64,000 bases of DNA from Octopus sinensis (taxonomy: Eukaryota), in NCBI RefSeq assembly GCF_006345805.1, contig NC_043001.1, positions 310,001 through 374,000 of the forward strand. Direction: 5' to 3'. Positions 12,968 through 24,139 of the stretch are shown one piece after another (the first letter of the stretch is position 1; every line of letters starts with the position of its first letter). The position numbers and the translations under genes are program-made. The notes beneath the pieces were generated by a model that saw only the letters and a list, made by a program, of their open reading frames with translations, was not told where the DNA came from and made no database searches.

Positions 12968-14630
12968 CTTTATTCACCATAAGGTTGAGAAAAAGAGGGG
13001 ACAAAACAAACGTTGGGGTCAGTGTATCGAATGAGACGAAACATATGAATAAACAAACAATTAAAATATATACAATTAAATGAGAATGAGTGATTAACAA
13101 AAAATGAAGCGGAGGACGCGGTCGACCCCACAAACCACAGACTCACACTGAAGACTTTGCTTTATCCTTTTTTACGTTCTCGATTAAACAGGTTCTTTCA
13201 CTCGCAACATACTTGCTATAGACTTCCATCTTTTACGAAACACACTTTGCGACAGGCATTTCTTCTCCAGCCTTATTTTCCGTTTCATGTGGAAAACGAA
13301 AAAGTCGATTAGCTCGAGACTGGAGATAAACATGCCTGTTGCAATTCCTTTTACTCTCGTCTTCCACACTACTTCTTTCGCCATAGCAACTACCGAGAGA
13401 AAACAGGCTCGCTCCTCCCTATTCAGGAAGGTCGGCGGAACTATCTTAATTACAGATTCGCTCGACAGTTGTACTCTTCTCGAATGCGACAGCAGGTGTT
13501 CGACATAAGTCCAGAGTTCAGTCACCTTGGGGCATTGCACAATCGCGTGCAGGACAGTTTCACTGTCCCTCTTACATCTTGCACAAACCGGCGAAGGTGC
13601 ACACCCATATCTAAAGAGCTTATCTCGAACCGGTAAAGCTCCTCTGTAACATTGCCAGGCCAGGGACTTTTGGTAATTATCCATAGGCCCCGGACCGAAT
13701 GTTCTTTGGAACAGGCTGGCCAGTTGATTTTCGTCGAAGCCCAGAGTTTCTCCTAGGACGTCGTCACACTTAAACTCTACTAACCCTCTATAGAAGAAAG
13801 CGGTAGTAGCCCCGCCACCGGCGTTGCCCGACTGGGAGAGAAGCACGAGTGCCTGATAGCACTCTGCATGCCACATGCCCAACCTCGGTCTACACTTGAT
13901 CCATGGGTTCAGTTCGTTAAACGATGTGAACTGTGGAAATAACAGCTTGACAAACGGAGACCACACCTGCTCACCGTCCAGGTAAATCCAGAGGTGCCTA
14001 AGCCTGAGCGCATGTCTGCGCATTTTTAGCCACGGCATCCCTAACCCACCGTTCAGCGGCTTTTGGCAGCAAATAGAGCGCCTTACAAGAGGTCTGCTGC
14101 CCCTCCACAAAAAGCGAAAGAGCATGCGTTCCAGTTTGTTCAGCCACGAATCGGGGCAAGGCACTACGGTTAGGCGGTAAGTGATTACAGAGGCGATAAA
14201 CACTTCTGCAACCTCCGCCCTCCCTTTCAAGGACAGTTTCCGCTCAGACCATGTCTGAGTTAGGAGAGCCACCTTTCTCGCCACCTCGCTCCAGTTCTTC
14301 TCTATCTGGAGATCTGGACCTAACCAGATCCGAAGCATTTTCACCGGCCTTCCGTCCAACGTCCTACGACGCTGTCGGAAGATATCGACTTGCCCCTCCA
14401 GGTGCCGAGTTGCAAGCCGACCGATTTATCCCGGTTGACTTTCGCTCCTGCCACCGCTTCGTAGTCCCTTAAGGCCTCACCCACCCACTGTAGGTGCTCG
14501 ACTCGGGAAACGATGACGGTGATGTCGTCCGCATACGCCGAAGCTGACTTTCCGCACCCTAGATCTTGCGGGGTGCCTCTCATAGTTTCCAACCTCCTCA
14601 GCAACGGCTCAAGGGCCAAAACGTAGAGAT
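12963..14630 (-). mobile_element. 5'-truncated Tx1/L1-clade LINE (RT C-half, zf-RVT, 3' UTR)
   Basis: LYVLALEPLL...SAYADDITV...GAKVNRDKS (14341-14630), one frameshift, then LGIW-like, LSLKGRA, GGLG and the CCHC finger CARCKRDSETVLHAIVQC. Stop at 13184. The 3' UTR has AATAAA at 12974-12969 and runs directly into (TC)n. Confidence 0.92.
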
Positions 14631-14863
14631 GATTGTAGCTAACCTAGAGACACAACACAATGACTGTTGTTAGGTTTATTAGTGTCGAGAAGAACATTCA
14701 GCTATGAATAATACTTTAGATAAACTGAAGTTTACAATACCAATGTTATCTTATGCAAGATTTTAGAACCATCAACTTCTGTTTATTGTTGTTTAACTCA
14801 TTTTATAAGTTTTTAAAAACTGTTTTGCTTTCTTTCTTTTTTAAATAATTTTATTCAAAAGAC

Positions 14864-14941
14864 ATGGCGAATATCATACAGAAAATTCAGAAGGGTGACA
14901 TTGAAGGAGTGGAAAGACTCGTAAAAATGGATCCAACAATA
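14864..14941 (+). CDS. Ankyrin-repeat/RING E3 ligase-like gene (Mind bomb C-terminal-like), coding exon 1
   Basis: ag|acATG...ATA|gtaagt. Translates MANIIQKIQKGDIEGVERLVKMDPTI, phase 0, compatible with the next exon. Confidence 0.65.
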
Positions 14942-15889
14942 GTAAGTTGTTCTGTTTATTGCCTTCTCAAATTTGACTGTTTATTATTTTATACACAATA
15001 TGAAATGTTTTATACACAATATGCAAAGTAACCACATATATTTGTCCATGATATTTCATTTCTTTCTTCACCGCTTTTCCCTAATCCTCATCATCGACAT
15101 TTTTATAAATATTTAACCAAACATTGAGACATGACAGAAGTGATGGAATGTGAGTGAGAAAGAAATCCATCACACACTGCAATGGGGTGTTCTGGCGGGA
15201 AGTATTCAGTCCAAGAGATGAGAGACAGATGGAACCGATAAATGGATGGTGACTTTTTAAAGAAGTCCTCTTGCCATACAAAGTTGAAGGTTTTACTGGT
15301 GTCAAGGGCTACACCATTTTTGATAGAATTTGTTACACATATGAAAACACTGGTGTGTCACATAGGAATCAAACCCCACTTTATAAAACTGTACTGGTGT
15401 TCATTGAATTCAGAAAGACACCTAAAGGGACAAAGGTGATTTTGTTTATGACGTTTTAGTTCATAATTGAAATATTGGAAGTTAAAATGACAGGATGGCA
15501 GTCAATAGACGGGATAGTGTCTGCAGGAATATAGAGCAGGGCTTCTCAAAGTGGTCACTACCACCAATGTGTGTGGGATGTGGAAACATTTTATATTAGT
15601 TTATGTATATATGACACTCCATGAATATATAACTGAGTTTGGTTGAAGCCACGTATTAAAGGTTAAATAAGTAAAAAAAGCGAAGTGGTGATGCATCAAA
15701 TACTTATTGATTGTGAGGTTGTGTTGTGCTAAGTAATCACTCGCAAGGGTTGCGAGAAAGATAAATAAATACCCCACGAAAATGGCTAGGGGTTCCCCAA
15801 GCTTTACTTGAATAGGCCTGTACATAAGATCCTTGACAGATACAATATCCCCTGTCATATGTAGTGGAGGAATTTAAAATAGCAAAATG

Positions 15890-16715
15890 TAACGTAATGA
15901 TGTAGAGAGACTCTAAGGACGAGCTTATCAGACATGCAGGTATTACCACAAGGTGTGGGTAACTAGCACCGCTGTCGCTCAGGCTGAAAGCATGCTGGAG
16001 TTACGCGTCATAATTGGAGCAACATGTTGGGGTCACCAGGGACTTGGCTCTTCCTATTTCCAACAATGGAAGAAAGCATTGTGGTACCAGGAGGAAGATA
16101 AAAGAAAATCAGGTGCTGTGGAGTTGGTATCTCTGGGTGCATGGACTAAATGGGATCTCCCTAAGAGGAAGCTCACATGGACTGACCTGTGGGGGCTGGA
16201 ACCTTTGCACATCTCCTTCCTGCATGGAGCTGTGTATGACACACTCCCAACGCCAACAAACCAGCACAGATAAGGTTTGAGGGAAGACCAGCTGTGTTGA
16301 CTTTGTGGGAAAGGGGCACTCTGGCACACATCTTGGCAGGGTGCAGAATAACTCTTTCTCAAGGCAGATACAAATACTTGCTCACACCCTGGAGCAGTAA
16401 AGGTGTAAGAAACATCATCACCAAGGAAAGATAACTGCCGTAATTCAGTTCGTGAAAGAGGGAGAGGAACCAGTAAAGCCAGCAAAAGCAATACATAGCT
16501 TGCTGCAAGGGTCTCAACCATGGGATACGAAGGTAGACTTAGGGAAGAGATTGCAGTTTCCCCAGGTTGTCCATACAACCCTGAGGCCTGATGTGGTTCT
16601 GTTATCTGTAAAGGACGAGAAAATTATCATAATTGAACGAACAATCACGTGGGGAGCGGGTTGTAACGAGGCCAATGAACGGAAGTGTGACAGATATAAG
16701 AGCTTTCTGCAGGCT
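15890..16715 (+). mobile_element. HERO-like RLE non-LTR retrotransposon C-terminal fragment
   Basis: AVAQAESMLELRVIIGATCWGHQGLG, GAWTKW, FLHGAVYDTLPTPTN, a CCHC remnant (LAHILAGCRITLSQGRY), and the restriction-like endonuclease TTLRPDVVLLS...IIIIERTITW...EANERK. Stops and deletions are present. Confidence 0.82.
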
Positions 16716-16768
16716 CCATTCACTTTGGTGAATAGATAAAACACATCCTTACAGGTGTTATTAACTCG

Positions 16769-16803
<35 letters not shown>

Positions 16804-16949
16804 ATGCATGTGTATCTATGCTAGTGTGTGTCCCTAACTGCTAATTGATAACCGGTGTTGGTGTATTTGCATCCCTGTTACTTAGCTCTGAAGCAAAAGA
16901 GAGCTATAGGTTGGTGCTATTTAGACAGAAAAGGGATCACACATAAAAG

Positions 16950-17880
16950 AATAAATCGAGGAAGAGCCCCAGCGTGGCCGCAGTTTCATGAATGAAAAAA
17001 GTAGAAGAGAGAAAGAAAAAGAAAGAGCAAAAAAAGAGAGGAATAGCAAAATAGAAGAAAGAAAAGGAAAATTCAGAGAGAACTATAGAGGAGACAAAAA
17101 GAGAAACGAAACAGAGAAAGAGAGAGAGAAAAAAGGAGAGAAAAGACAAAGAGAATGAGATTGAAAAAAGAAAACGAGAGAGAAAAGAAAGAGAGAGAGA
17201 AAAAAACGAGAGAAAAAAGGGAGAAATGAAAGAGTGAGAGAGAGGAAAAAGGATAAAAAGAAAACGAGAGGGAAAAAGAAGGAGAAAAAACTGAGAGAGC
17301 GAGAAAGGAAAGAGAGAGAGAGGGAAATGAGAGAAAAAAGAGGGAAATGAAAGAGTGAGAGAGAGGAAGAATAATAGAAAGAAAACGAGAGGGAGAAAGA
17401 AGGAGAAAAAAGTGAGAGAGCGGGAAAAGAAAGAGAGAGAAAAAGAAATGAGAGGAAGAAAGAAAGAAATGAACGAGTGAGAGAGAGGAAGAATGATCAA
17501 AAGAAAATGAGAGGGAGAAAGAAGGAAAAAAGCGAGAGCGAGAAAAGAAATGAGAGAAAAAAAGAGAGAAATGAAAGAGTGAGAGAGAGGAAGAAGGATA
17601 AAAAGAAAACGAGAGATAGAAAAAGGAGAAAAAGGCGAGAGAGCGTGAAAAGAAAGAGAGAGAGAAAAAGAAATGAGAGGAAGAAAGAGAGAAATGAAAG
17701 AGGGAGAGAGATGAAGAATGATCAAAAGAAAATGAGAGTGAGAAGGAGAAAAAAGCCTGAGAGCGAGAAAGGAAAGAGAGAGAGAAAGAAACGAGAGAGA
17801 AAAGAGAGAAATGAAAGAGGGAGAGAGAGTAAGAAGGATAAAAAGACGACGAGAGGGAGAAAGAAGGAGAAAAATGCCTG

Positions 17881-17911
<31 letters not shown>

Positions 17912-20900
17912 AAAAGAAAAGAGAGAAAAAAGAGAAATGAAAAATTGAGAGTGGGGAAGAAGGATAAAAAGAAAACGAGAGGGAGAAAAAAGGAGAAAAA
18001 AGCGAGAGAGCGCGAAAGAAAAGAGAGAGAGAAAGAAAGGAGAGGAAGAAAGAGTGAAGGAGGGGAAGAATGATAAAAAAAAACGAGAGGGAGAAAGAAG
18101 GATAAAAATACCCGAGAGCGAGTAAGGAAAGAGAGAAAGAAACGAGAGAAGAAAGAAACAAATGAAAGAGTGAGAGAGAGGAAGAATAATAAAATAAAAC
18201 GAGAGGGAGAAAGAAGGAGAAAAAAGTGAGAGAGCGAGAAAAGAAAGAGAGAGAGAAAAAGAAACGAGAAGAAGAAAGAGAGAAATGAAAGAGTGAGAGA
18301 GAGGAAGAATAATAAAAAGAAAACGAGAGGGAGAAAGAAGGAGAAACAAGCGAGAGAGCGAGAAGAGAGAGAGAGAAAAAGAAACGAGAGGAAGAAAGAG
18401 AGAAATGAAAGAGTGAGAGAGAGGAAGAAGGATAAAAAGAAGACGAGAGGGAGAAAGAAGGAGAAAAAAGCCTGAGAGCGAGAAAGGAAAGAGAGAGGGA
18501 AAGAAACGAAAGAAAATAGAGAAAAATGAAAGAGTGAGGGAGAGGAAGAATAATAAAAGGAAAACGAGTGGGAGAAAGAAGGAGAAAAATGCCTGAGTGC
18601 TAGAAAAGAATGAGAGAGAGAGAAACGAGAGGAAGAAAGAGAGAAATGAAAGAATGAGAGAGAGGAAGAATGATAACAAGACAACGAGATGGAGAAAGAA
18701 GGAGAAAAAACCCTGAGAGCGAGAAAGTAAAGAGAAAGTGAATGAAACGAGTGAAAAAAGACAGAAATGAAAGAGTGAGAGAGAGGAAGAATAATATAGA
18801 AAGAAAACGAGAGGGAGAAAGAAAGAGAAAAAAGTGAGAGAGAGTGAGAGAAAAGAAAGAGAGAGAGAAAGAAATGAGAGAAAAAAGAGAGAAATGAAAG
18901 AGTGAGAGAGAGGACGAATAATAAAAAGAAAATGAGAGGGAAAAAGGAGAGAAAGCGAGTGAGCGAGAAAAGAAAGAGAGAGAAAAGGAAGCGAAAGGAA
19001 AAAAGAGAAATGAAAGAGTGAGTGACAGGAAGGATGATAATAAGAAAACGAAAGGGAGAAAGAAGGAGAAAACAGCATGAGAGCGAGAAAAGAAGGAGAA
19101 GAGAGAGAAAGAAACGAGATAAAAAAGATAAATGGAAGATTGAGAGATGGGAAGAAGGATAAAAAGAAAACGAGAGGGAAAAAGAAGGAGAAAAAAGCGA
19201 GAGAGCGCTAAAAGAAAGAGAGAGAAAAAGAAATGAAAGAAAGAAAAAGAGAAATGAAAGAGTGAGAGAGAGGAAGAATGATAAAAAGAAAATGAGGGGG
19301 AGAAAGAAGGAGAAAAAAACCTGAGAGCGAAAAAGGAAAGAGAGAGAGGAAAAGAAATGAGAGGAAGAAAGAGAAGAAGAAAGGGAGAGAGAAAGAGAAC
19401 AAAAAAGAGAAAGACAATGAGGAAATGAGAGAGTAAGATAGAACGGACAAAGAAAACGAGCGAAAGAGAGAAAAGAACAAGATAAAGAGAGAGAGAGAGA
19501 GAGAAAGGAAACAGAGAGAGAAAGAGAGGAAAGGAAAAGATAAAGAGAGATAGGGAGAAGGAAAACCAGAAAATAAAAAGAAAGAGAAAAGAAGCAGAGT
19601 GGGAGAGAACGAGAATAGAAAAAGAGAAAGAGGGAGAGGAAGAAGGAAAGATGGAAGATAAGAGAAGAAAAAGGTACTGAGAGAAAAAAAGAGAGAAAAA
19701 GGGAGAGAGAGAGGGGAAGAGAAAAAAGGAAGCGAGTAAGGGAGAGACAAAGAAAGAAAGAGGGAAAAGAAAAAGGGAGAGATAAAGAAGAGAGAATCGA
19801 AAAAAAGCGAAAAGGAAACTAGAAAGAGAGAAAAGTAAACAGGAGAGAAAGGTAAAAGAGCGGGGGAAGAGAGAAGAGAAAAAGAGAGGGGGAGAAAGAA
19901 AGAGGGAAAAGGGGAAAAAGAAAGTGAGAGATAAGAATAGGAGAGGGAGAGAAAGAGAAAAGAGACAGAGAGGGAAAAGGGGAATATAGGAGAGAAAAGA
20001 GAGTGGGAAATAGAGAGAGAGGAAGAAAGATAGAAAAGAGAGGGAGAGAGGAAGTAATAAAAGAAAAGAGAGAGAGAAAAAAGCGGAAGGAAAGAGAGAG
20101 AAAGAGAAAACAAAGAATAAGAGACATAGAGACTGAAAGATAGAAAATGTGAGAGAGTGAGAGAAGAAGAAAGAGAGAAGAAAGGGAGAGAGAGAGAAAA
20201 GGAAAAGAGAAAGGACATCAAAGAAAGAGAGACAAGTAAAAGAGAAAGAGGAAGAAAGATAGAAAAGGCAAAGAGAAGTACAGAGAGAAAGAGAGAGAGA
20301 AAGAGATAAAAGTAAAAGAGAAAGAGAGACGAAAAAGAAAAAGGTTGGGTGAAAGAGAGAAAAGGAATAGTGAAGGAGACAGAGAGAGAAAGAAAGAAAG
20401 AAAAAAAGGTAATAGAGAGAGAGATAGAGAAAGAGAAATGGAAAAAGAGAGAAAGAGAAAGAAAAAGAGAGAAACAGAGAAAAGTAAAATGGAAAAAAGA
20501 GAGAAAAGAATGAGAGAGAGGGAGAAAGAAAGAAAGAAAAGAAAAGGGGAAAGAGAAAGAATGTAAGAATAGAAAGAGAAAGAAATGAAAGAGAGAGAGA
20601 TAAGGAGAGAGAAAGAGAGAAATTGAGAAATAGAGAAAGAGAAAGATAAGAGAAAAAAGAAATGGAGAAAGAGGAAGGAAATTAGAGAGAGAAAGAGGGG
20701 AAAGGAAAATGGGAAAAGAGAGAGAGAGAGAGTAAAAGAGACACGGAGAGAGGAGAAAGAAAGAGAGAGGAGAAAAGGGAAAGAGAGAGAAAGTGAGAAA
20801 AGAAAGAGAAAGAAAGAAATGAAAGAGGGAGATAGAGAGAGAAAGAAGGAGAGAAAGAGGAAAGAAAACGAGAAAGAGAGTGAGAGACAAAGAGAGAAAA

Positions 20901-20925
20901 GAGAGAGAGAGAGAGAGAATGGAAT
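16950..20925 (+). repeat. ~4-kb GA-rich polypurine tract with a degenerate ~115-125-bp period in its first part
   Basis: GAAATGAAAGAGTGAGAGAGAGGAAG recurs about every 120 bp from ~17150 to ~19400; aperiodic GA-rich sequence follows. Confidence 0.93.
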
Positions 20926-20962
20926 TTCTCTATTTCACATGTCCTCACTTTCTTTATTACAG

Positions 20963-21113
20963 ATTAACAAACATATTTATGGACGAACTCCTTTAATGGT
21001 GGCCTGTGAAGAGGGCGCCGATAGAAGAATATTCGAAATATTGATAGAAGCAGGAGGTGAGTGGGAGCAAAAGACAACTGGGGTCGTACAGCTTTACATT
21101 TGGCTGTGGAAAG
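20963..21113 (+). CDS. Ank/RING gene exon 2 (contains a 1-nt frameshift)
   Basis: cag|ATT...AG|gtaagt. INKHIYGRTPLMVACEEGADRRIFEILIEAGGE, then in a shifted frame GAKDNWGRTALHLAVE. The exon is 151 nt where 152 are needed for phase 2. Confidence 0.88.
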
Positions 21114-21314
21114 GTAAGTTGAGAATCAAGTAAAATCTCCAGATGTGTTTTTGTTTGTAAATTTGTTGCAATTGCAGACACAGGTTCAATATCCAAAGAG
21201 GCCATAGTAGTGGCAGTGGGACAGCAGCACAACAGCAGACTAGCAAACAACAACAACAAGCTTCTCTTTAGTCATCGATCCAATTCATTAGTCATTATTC
21301 AATCATAACAATCC

Positions 21315-21544
21315 CGATGATGATGATGACGATAACGATGATGATGATGATGATGATGACGATGATGATTGATGATGACGATGGTGGTATTGATGATGTC
21401 GATCATGATGGTGTTGTAGATGATGATGATAATGATGATGGAGGCGATGATGATGATGATGATGATGATAATGATGATGTCGATCATGATGATGGTGTTG
21501 TTGATGATGATGATGGAGGCGATGATGGTGATGATGATGAAGTC

Positions 21545-21599
<55 letters not shown>

Positions 21600-21622
21600 C
21601 TGATTATGATGATGCTGATAAT
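21315..21622. repeat. Interrupted (GAT)n trinucleotide tract in intron 2
   Basis: Read directly; includes an internal repeat of GATGTCGATCATGAT...GATGGAGGCGATGATG. Confidence 0.95.
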
Positions 21623-21696
21623 GATGTTTCGTCTGAAAGCCAAAACAATTAGGTGTTTAATGTAAATTAGTCAATGTTTCTATCTTTTACTCTCAG

Positions 21697-21850
21697 CCGT
21701 CGTCTTCAAGCCGTGGAACTCTTACTATCTCGGGGCAGCGAGATAAACGGGAAGAGCAATTTCGGCAGTACTCCTCTCCATTTTGCTGCAAGCTTATCTC
21801 CGGAATGGACAGATGATGTGAAAGAATTCATGAAACACAGCGCTCTTGAG
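21697..21850 (+). CDS. Ank/RING gene exon 3
   Basis: cag|C...GAG|gttagt. (S)RRLQAVELLLSRGSEINGKSNFGSTPLHFAASLSPEWTDDVKEFMKHSALE, ankyrin TPLH motif, phase 2 to 0. Confidence 0.92.
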
Positions 21851-21919
21851 GTTAGTGACTATATATATGTGTGTGTGCGTGTGTGTGTGTATGTGTGTGG
21901 CTGTGTACTTATATATATG

Positions 21920-21954
<35 letters not shown>

Positions 21955-22246
21955 AATAAAATATATGGATGTATATAATGTAAATTGTGGTGTGCATATG
22001 TTAGTCTTTCTCTTCATTCATATTATATTCCGAAATAATCCGAATCTTCTCCGAAAGGTTTTTCTCGATACTTTCCTAACAATTTATCCACTTTTTGTAA
22101 AATTACGAGGAAACAAAAGATACTCATGCGAAACTTTACTGAACTCTTCACCCGAAATTTGGGGTACACTTATATAGGTACGTATATAAAATTGTATATA
22201 TAATGTATACATGCCTATAAGATATTATATATAGGTATATATATAT

Positions 22247-22306
<60 letters not shown>

Positions 22307-22506
22307 TATACATATGTATATACACACATATATATGACAATATATATATATACACACACACATATATATGTATATAAACGTATATATGAGTATACATATA
22401 TATATGTCCATAGATACATACACACACAAACACACATATACATATATGTATATATATATATATATATATAATATATATATATATATATTATATATATATA
22501 TATATA

Positions 22507-22744
22507 CTTTATTTTAAGCAGCAGAAAATTCAACAAAATCTGTTACTCTGAGTTTCTCGTTGCCGTTCATCAGACAGTTTTTGCTAGATTCTAGCAAAAA
22601 CTGTCTGATGAACGGCAACGAGAAACTCAGAGTAACAGATTTTGTTGAATTTTCTGCTGCTTAAAATAAAGCATATTACTCTACCACTGGTATTTTAGTA
22701 CTCTTTTTTCCACCTTGTTTCACATTTATGTGTTTACTCCGGTC

Positions 22745-22745
<1 letters not shown>
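22507..22745 (+). mobile_element. Penelope-like terminal repeat with an inverted partial copy (perfect 82+1+82 palindrome, 22507-22671), inserted in (TA)n
   Basis: Arms 22507-22588 and 22590-22671 are exact reverse complements. The right arm continues to 22745, and (TA)n flanks both sides. It carries a hammerhead motif. Confidence 0.7.
22601..22638 (+). ncRNA. Minimal type-I hammerhead ribozyme motif (antisense mirror at ~22540-22577)
   Basis: CTGT-CTGATGA-ACG(GCAA)CGA-GAA-ACTC(A)GAGT-A-ACAG: intact CUGANGA/GAAA core, stem I CTGT/ACAG, GNRA-capped stem II, palindromic stem III and a GUA triplet. Predicted cut after 22634. Confidence 0.8.
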
Positions 22746-22776
<31 letters not shown>

Positions 22777-23003
22777 CTTCATGAAACCCTTATTTTTTCC
22801 CCATAACTTTGTTGTGTTTCCTATTTTATAATGAAAATCATTGATTTTCGATGACGATTATGTTGAGAAAATGGAAGCATTTGATGAGTTTCAAACCAAT
22901 TCCAACTCCAGACATAATTGTTGATTAAGACATGGAAAGGGATGGATTTTCAGAAAATTTCATTAAGAAATATTTCCCCTATATATATATATATATATAT
23001 ATG

Positions 23004-23223
23004 ACATCGCTGGTCATAATGCGTTCGCATTGTTTTAGCCTTCGAATGACGCCACCCCGCTGGCTAAGCGAGCAGGCCAACAGAAGAAAGAGTGGTGAAA
23101 GAGTACAGCAGGGATCACAACACCCTGCCGGAGCCTCGTGGAGCTTTTAGGTGTTTTCGCTCAATAAACACACACAACGTCCGGTCTGGGAATCGAAACC
23201 ACTAGGCCATTGCGCCTCCACCA
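23004..23223 (-). mobile_element. tRNA-derived SINE, left arm of a head-to-head pair
   Basis: Reverse complement of 23261-23473 apart from small deletions. Confidence 0.88.
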
Positions 23224-23225
23224 TA

Positions 23226-23260
<35 letters not shown>

Positions 23261-23263
<3 letters not shown>

Positions 23264-23515
23264 TGGAGGCGCAATGGCCTAGTGGTCGCAGGATTGCGGT
23301 TTCGATTCCCAGACCGGACGTTGTGTGTGTTTATTGAGCGAAAACACCTAAAAGCTCCACGAGGCTCCGGCAGGGGGTGGTGATCCCTGCTGTACTCTTT
23401 CACCACTCTTTCTTCAGCGGAGTGTTGTCATTCGAAGGCTAAAACAATGCGAACGCATTATGACCAGCGATGTGTAACAACATCTGATGGTCTGGTCGGT
23501 CACATGATCACGTGA
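23261..23515 (+). mobile_element. tRNA-derived SINE, right arm of a head-to-head pair
   Basis: GGAGGCGCAATGGCCTAGTGG (A-box) and GGTTTCGATTCCC (B-box-like); same family as 29138-29440. Confidence 0.88.
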
Positions 23516-23989
23516 TATATATATATATATATGTATAGGCACAGGATTGGCTGTGTGGTTAGTAGCTTGCTTACAAACCACATGGTTTTATAAGAAATCG
23601 GTTTCCACTCATTTTTCCAATCGATTTTTCCACTCATCGATTGTCTTTTTCTTTTTTTTCATGTAACCCCACTTTGCCCATGGTTTGAGAACCCTTCCAG
23701 CAAGGAATGCCCAAAAGGGCACCTGATCCTCTGTGTGAAAAGCGGTTATGTACTTTTCACAACTAAGTTTATATATTTCGGCAAAACACACACACACGCA
23801 CACATATACGTACATACACCTATTGTATACATGTTTTTGCGCGCCTTTGCCCCTGCCACTGTCCCACCACCAACTCCTACCCGAGTAATACCATCAATTG
23901 AAGCAAATTTGGCACCTGGAAGTAAGTTTTGTAACAGGAATAAGGAAGCCTACCTTCTCCCGCATAGATGTGAAGGTCAGACCTCTCCT

Positions 23990-24105
23990 GGTCAAACTAA
24001 AGTGTTTGACCCGGTCATAAAACAAACAAAAAAATTGTGTAATAGGTGTAAAACAACTTGTTCTAAACGATTATCAAGAACATACACACACACACACACA
24101 CACAC

Positions 24106-24139
<34 letters not shown>

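Noticed and set aside
16937-20890. Long - strand ORFs (713, 560, 362 and 320 aa) rich in F/S/L
   Set aside because: They are the pyrimidine strand of a GA tract, where scarcity of A removes stop codons. They are open in several frames at once, have no domain and lie antisense inside an intron.
21057-21062. Consensus donor GAG|GTGAGT at the frameshift as a splicing rescue
   Set aside because: It would give a 94-nt phase-1 exon, incompatible with phase-2 exon 3.
21299-21665. Poly-Asp, poly-Met and poly-Ile/His ORFs
   Set aside because: They come from a (GAT)n tract inside intron 2 with no flanking splice signals that fit the gene's phase.
23261-23320. tRNA genes at A-box/B-box motifs (also 7125, 29138 and 35620)
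   Set aside because: No complete cloverleaf, and each runs into a SINE body, so these are SINE heads.
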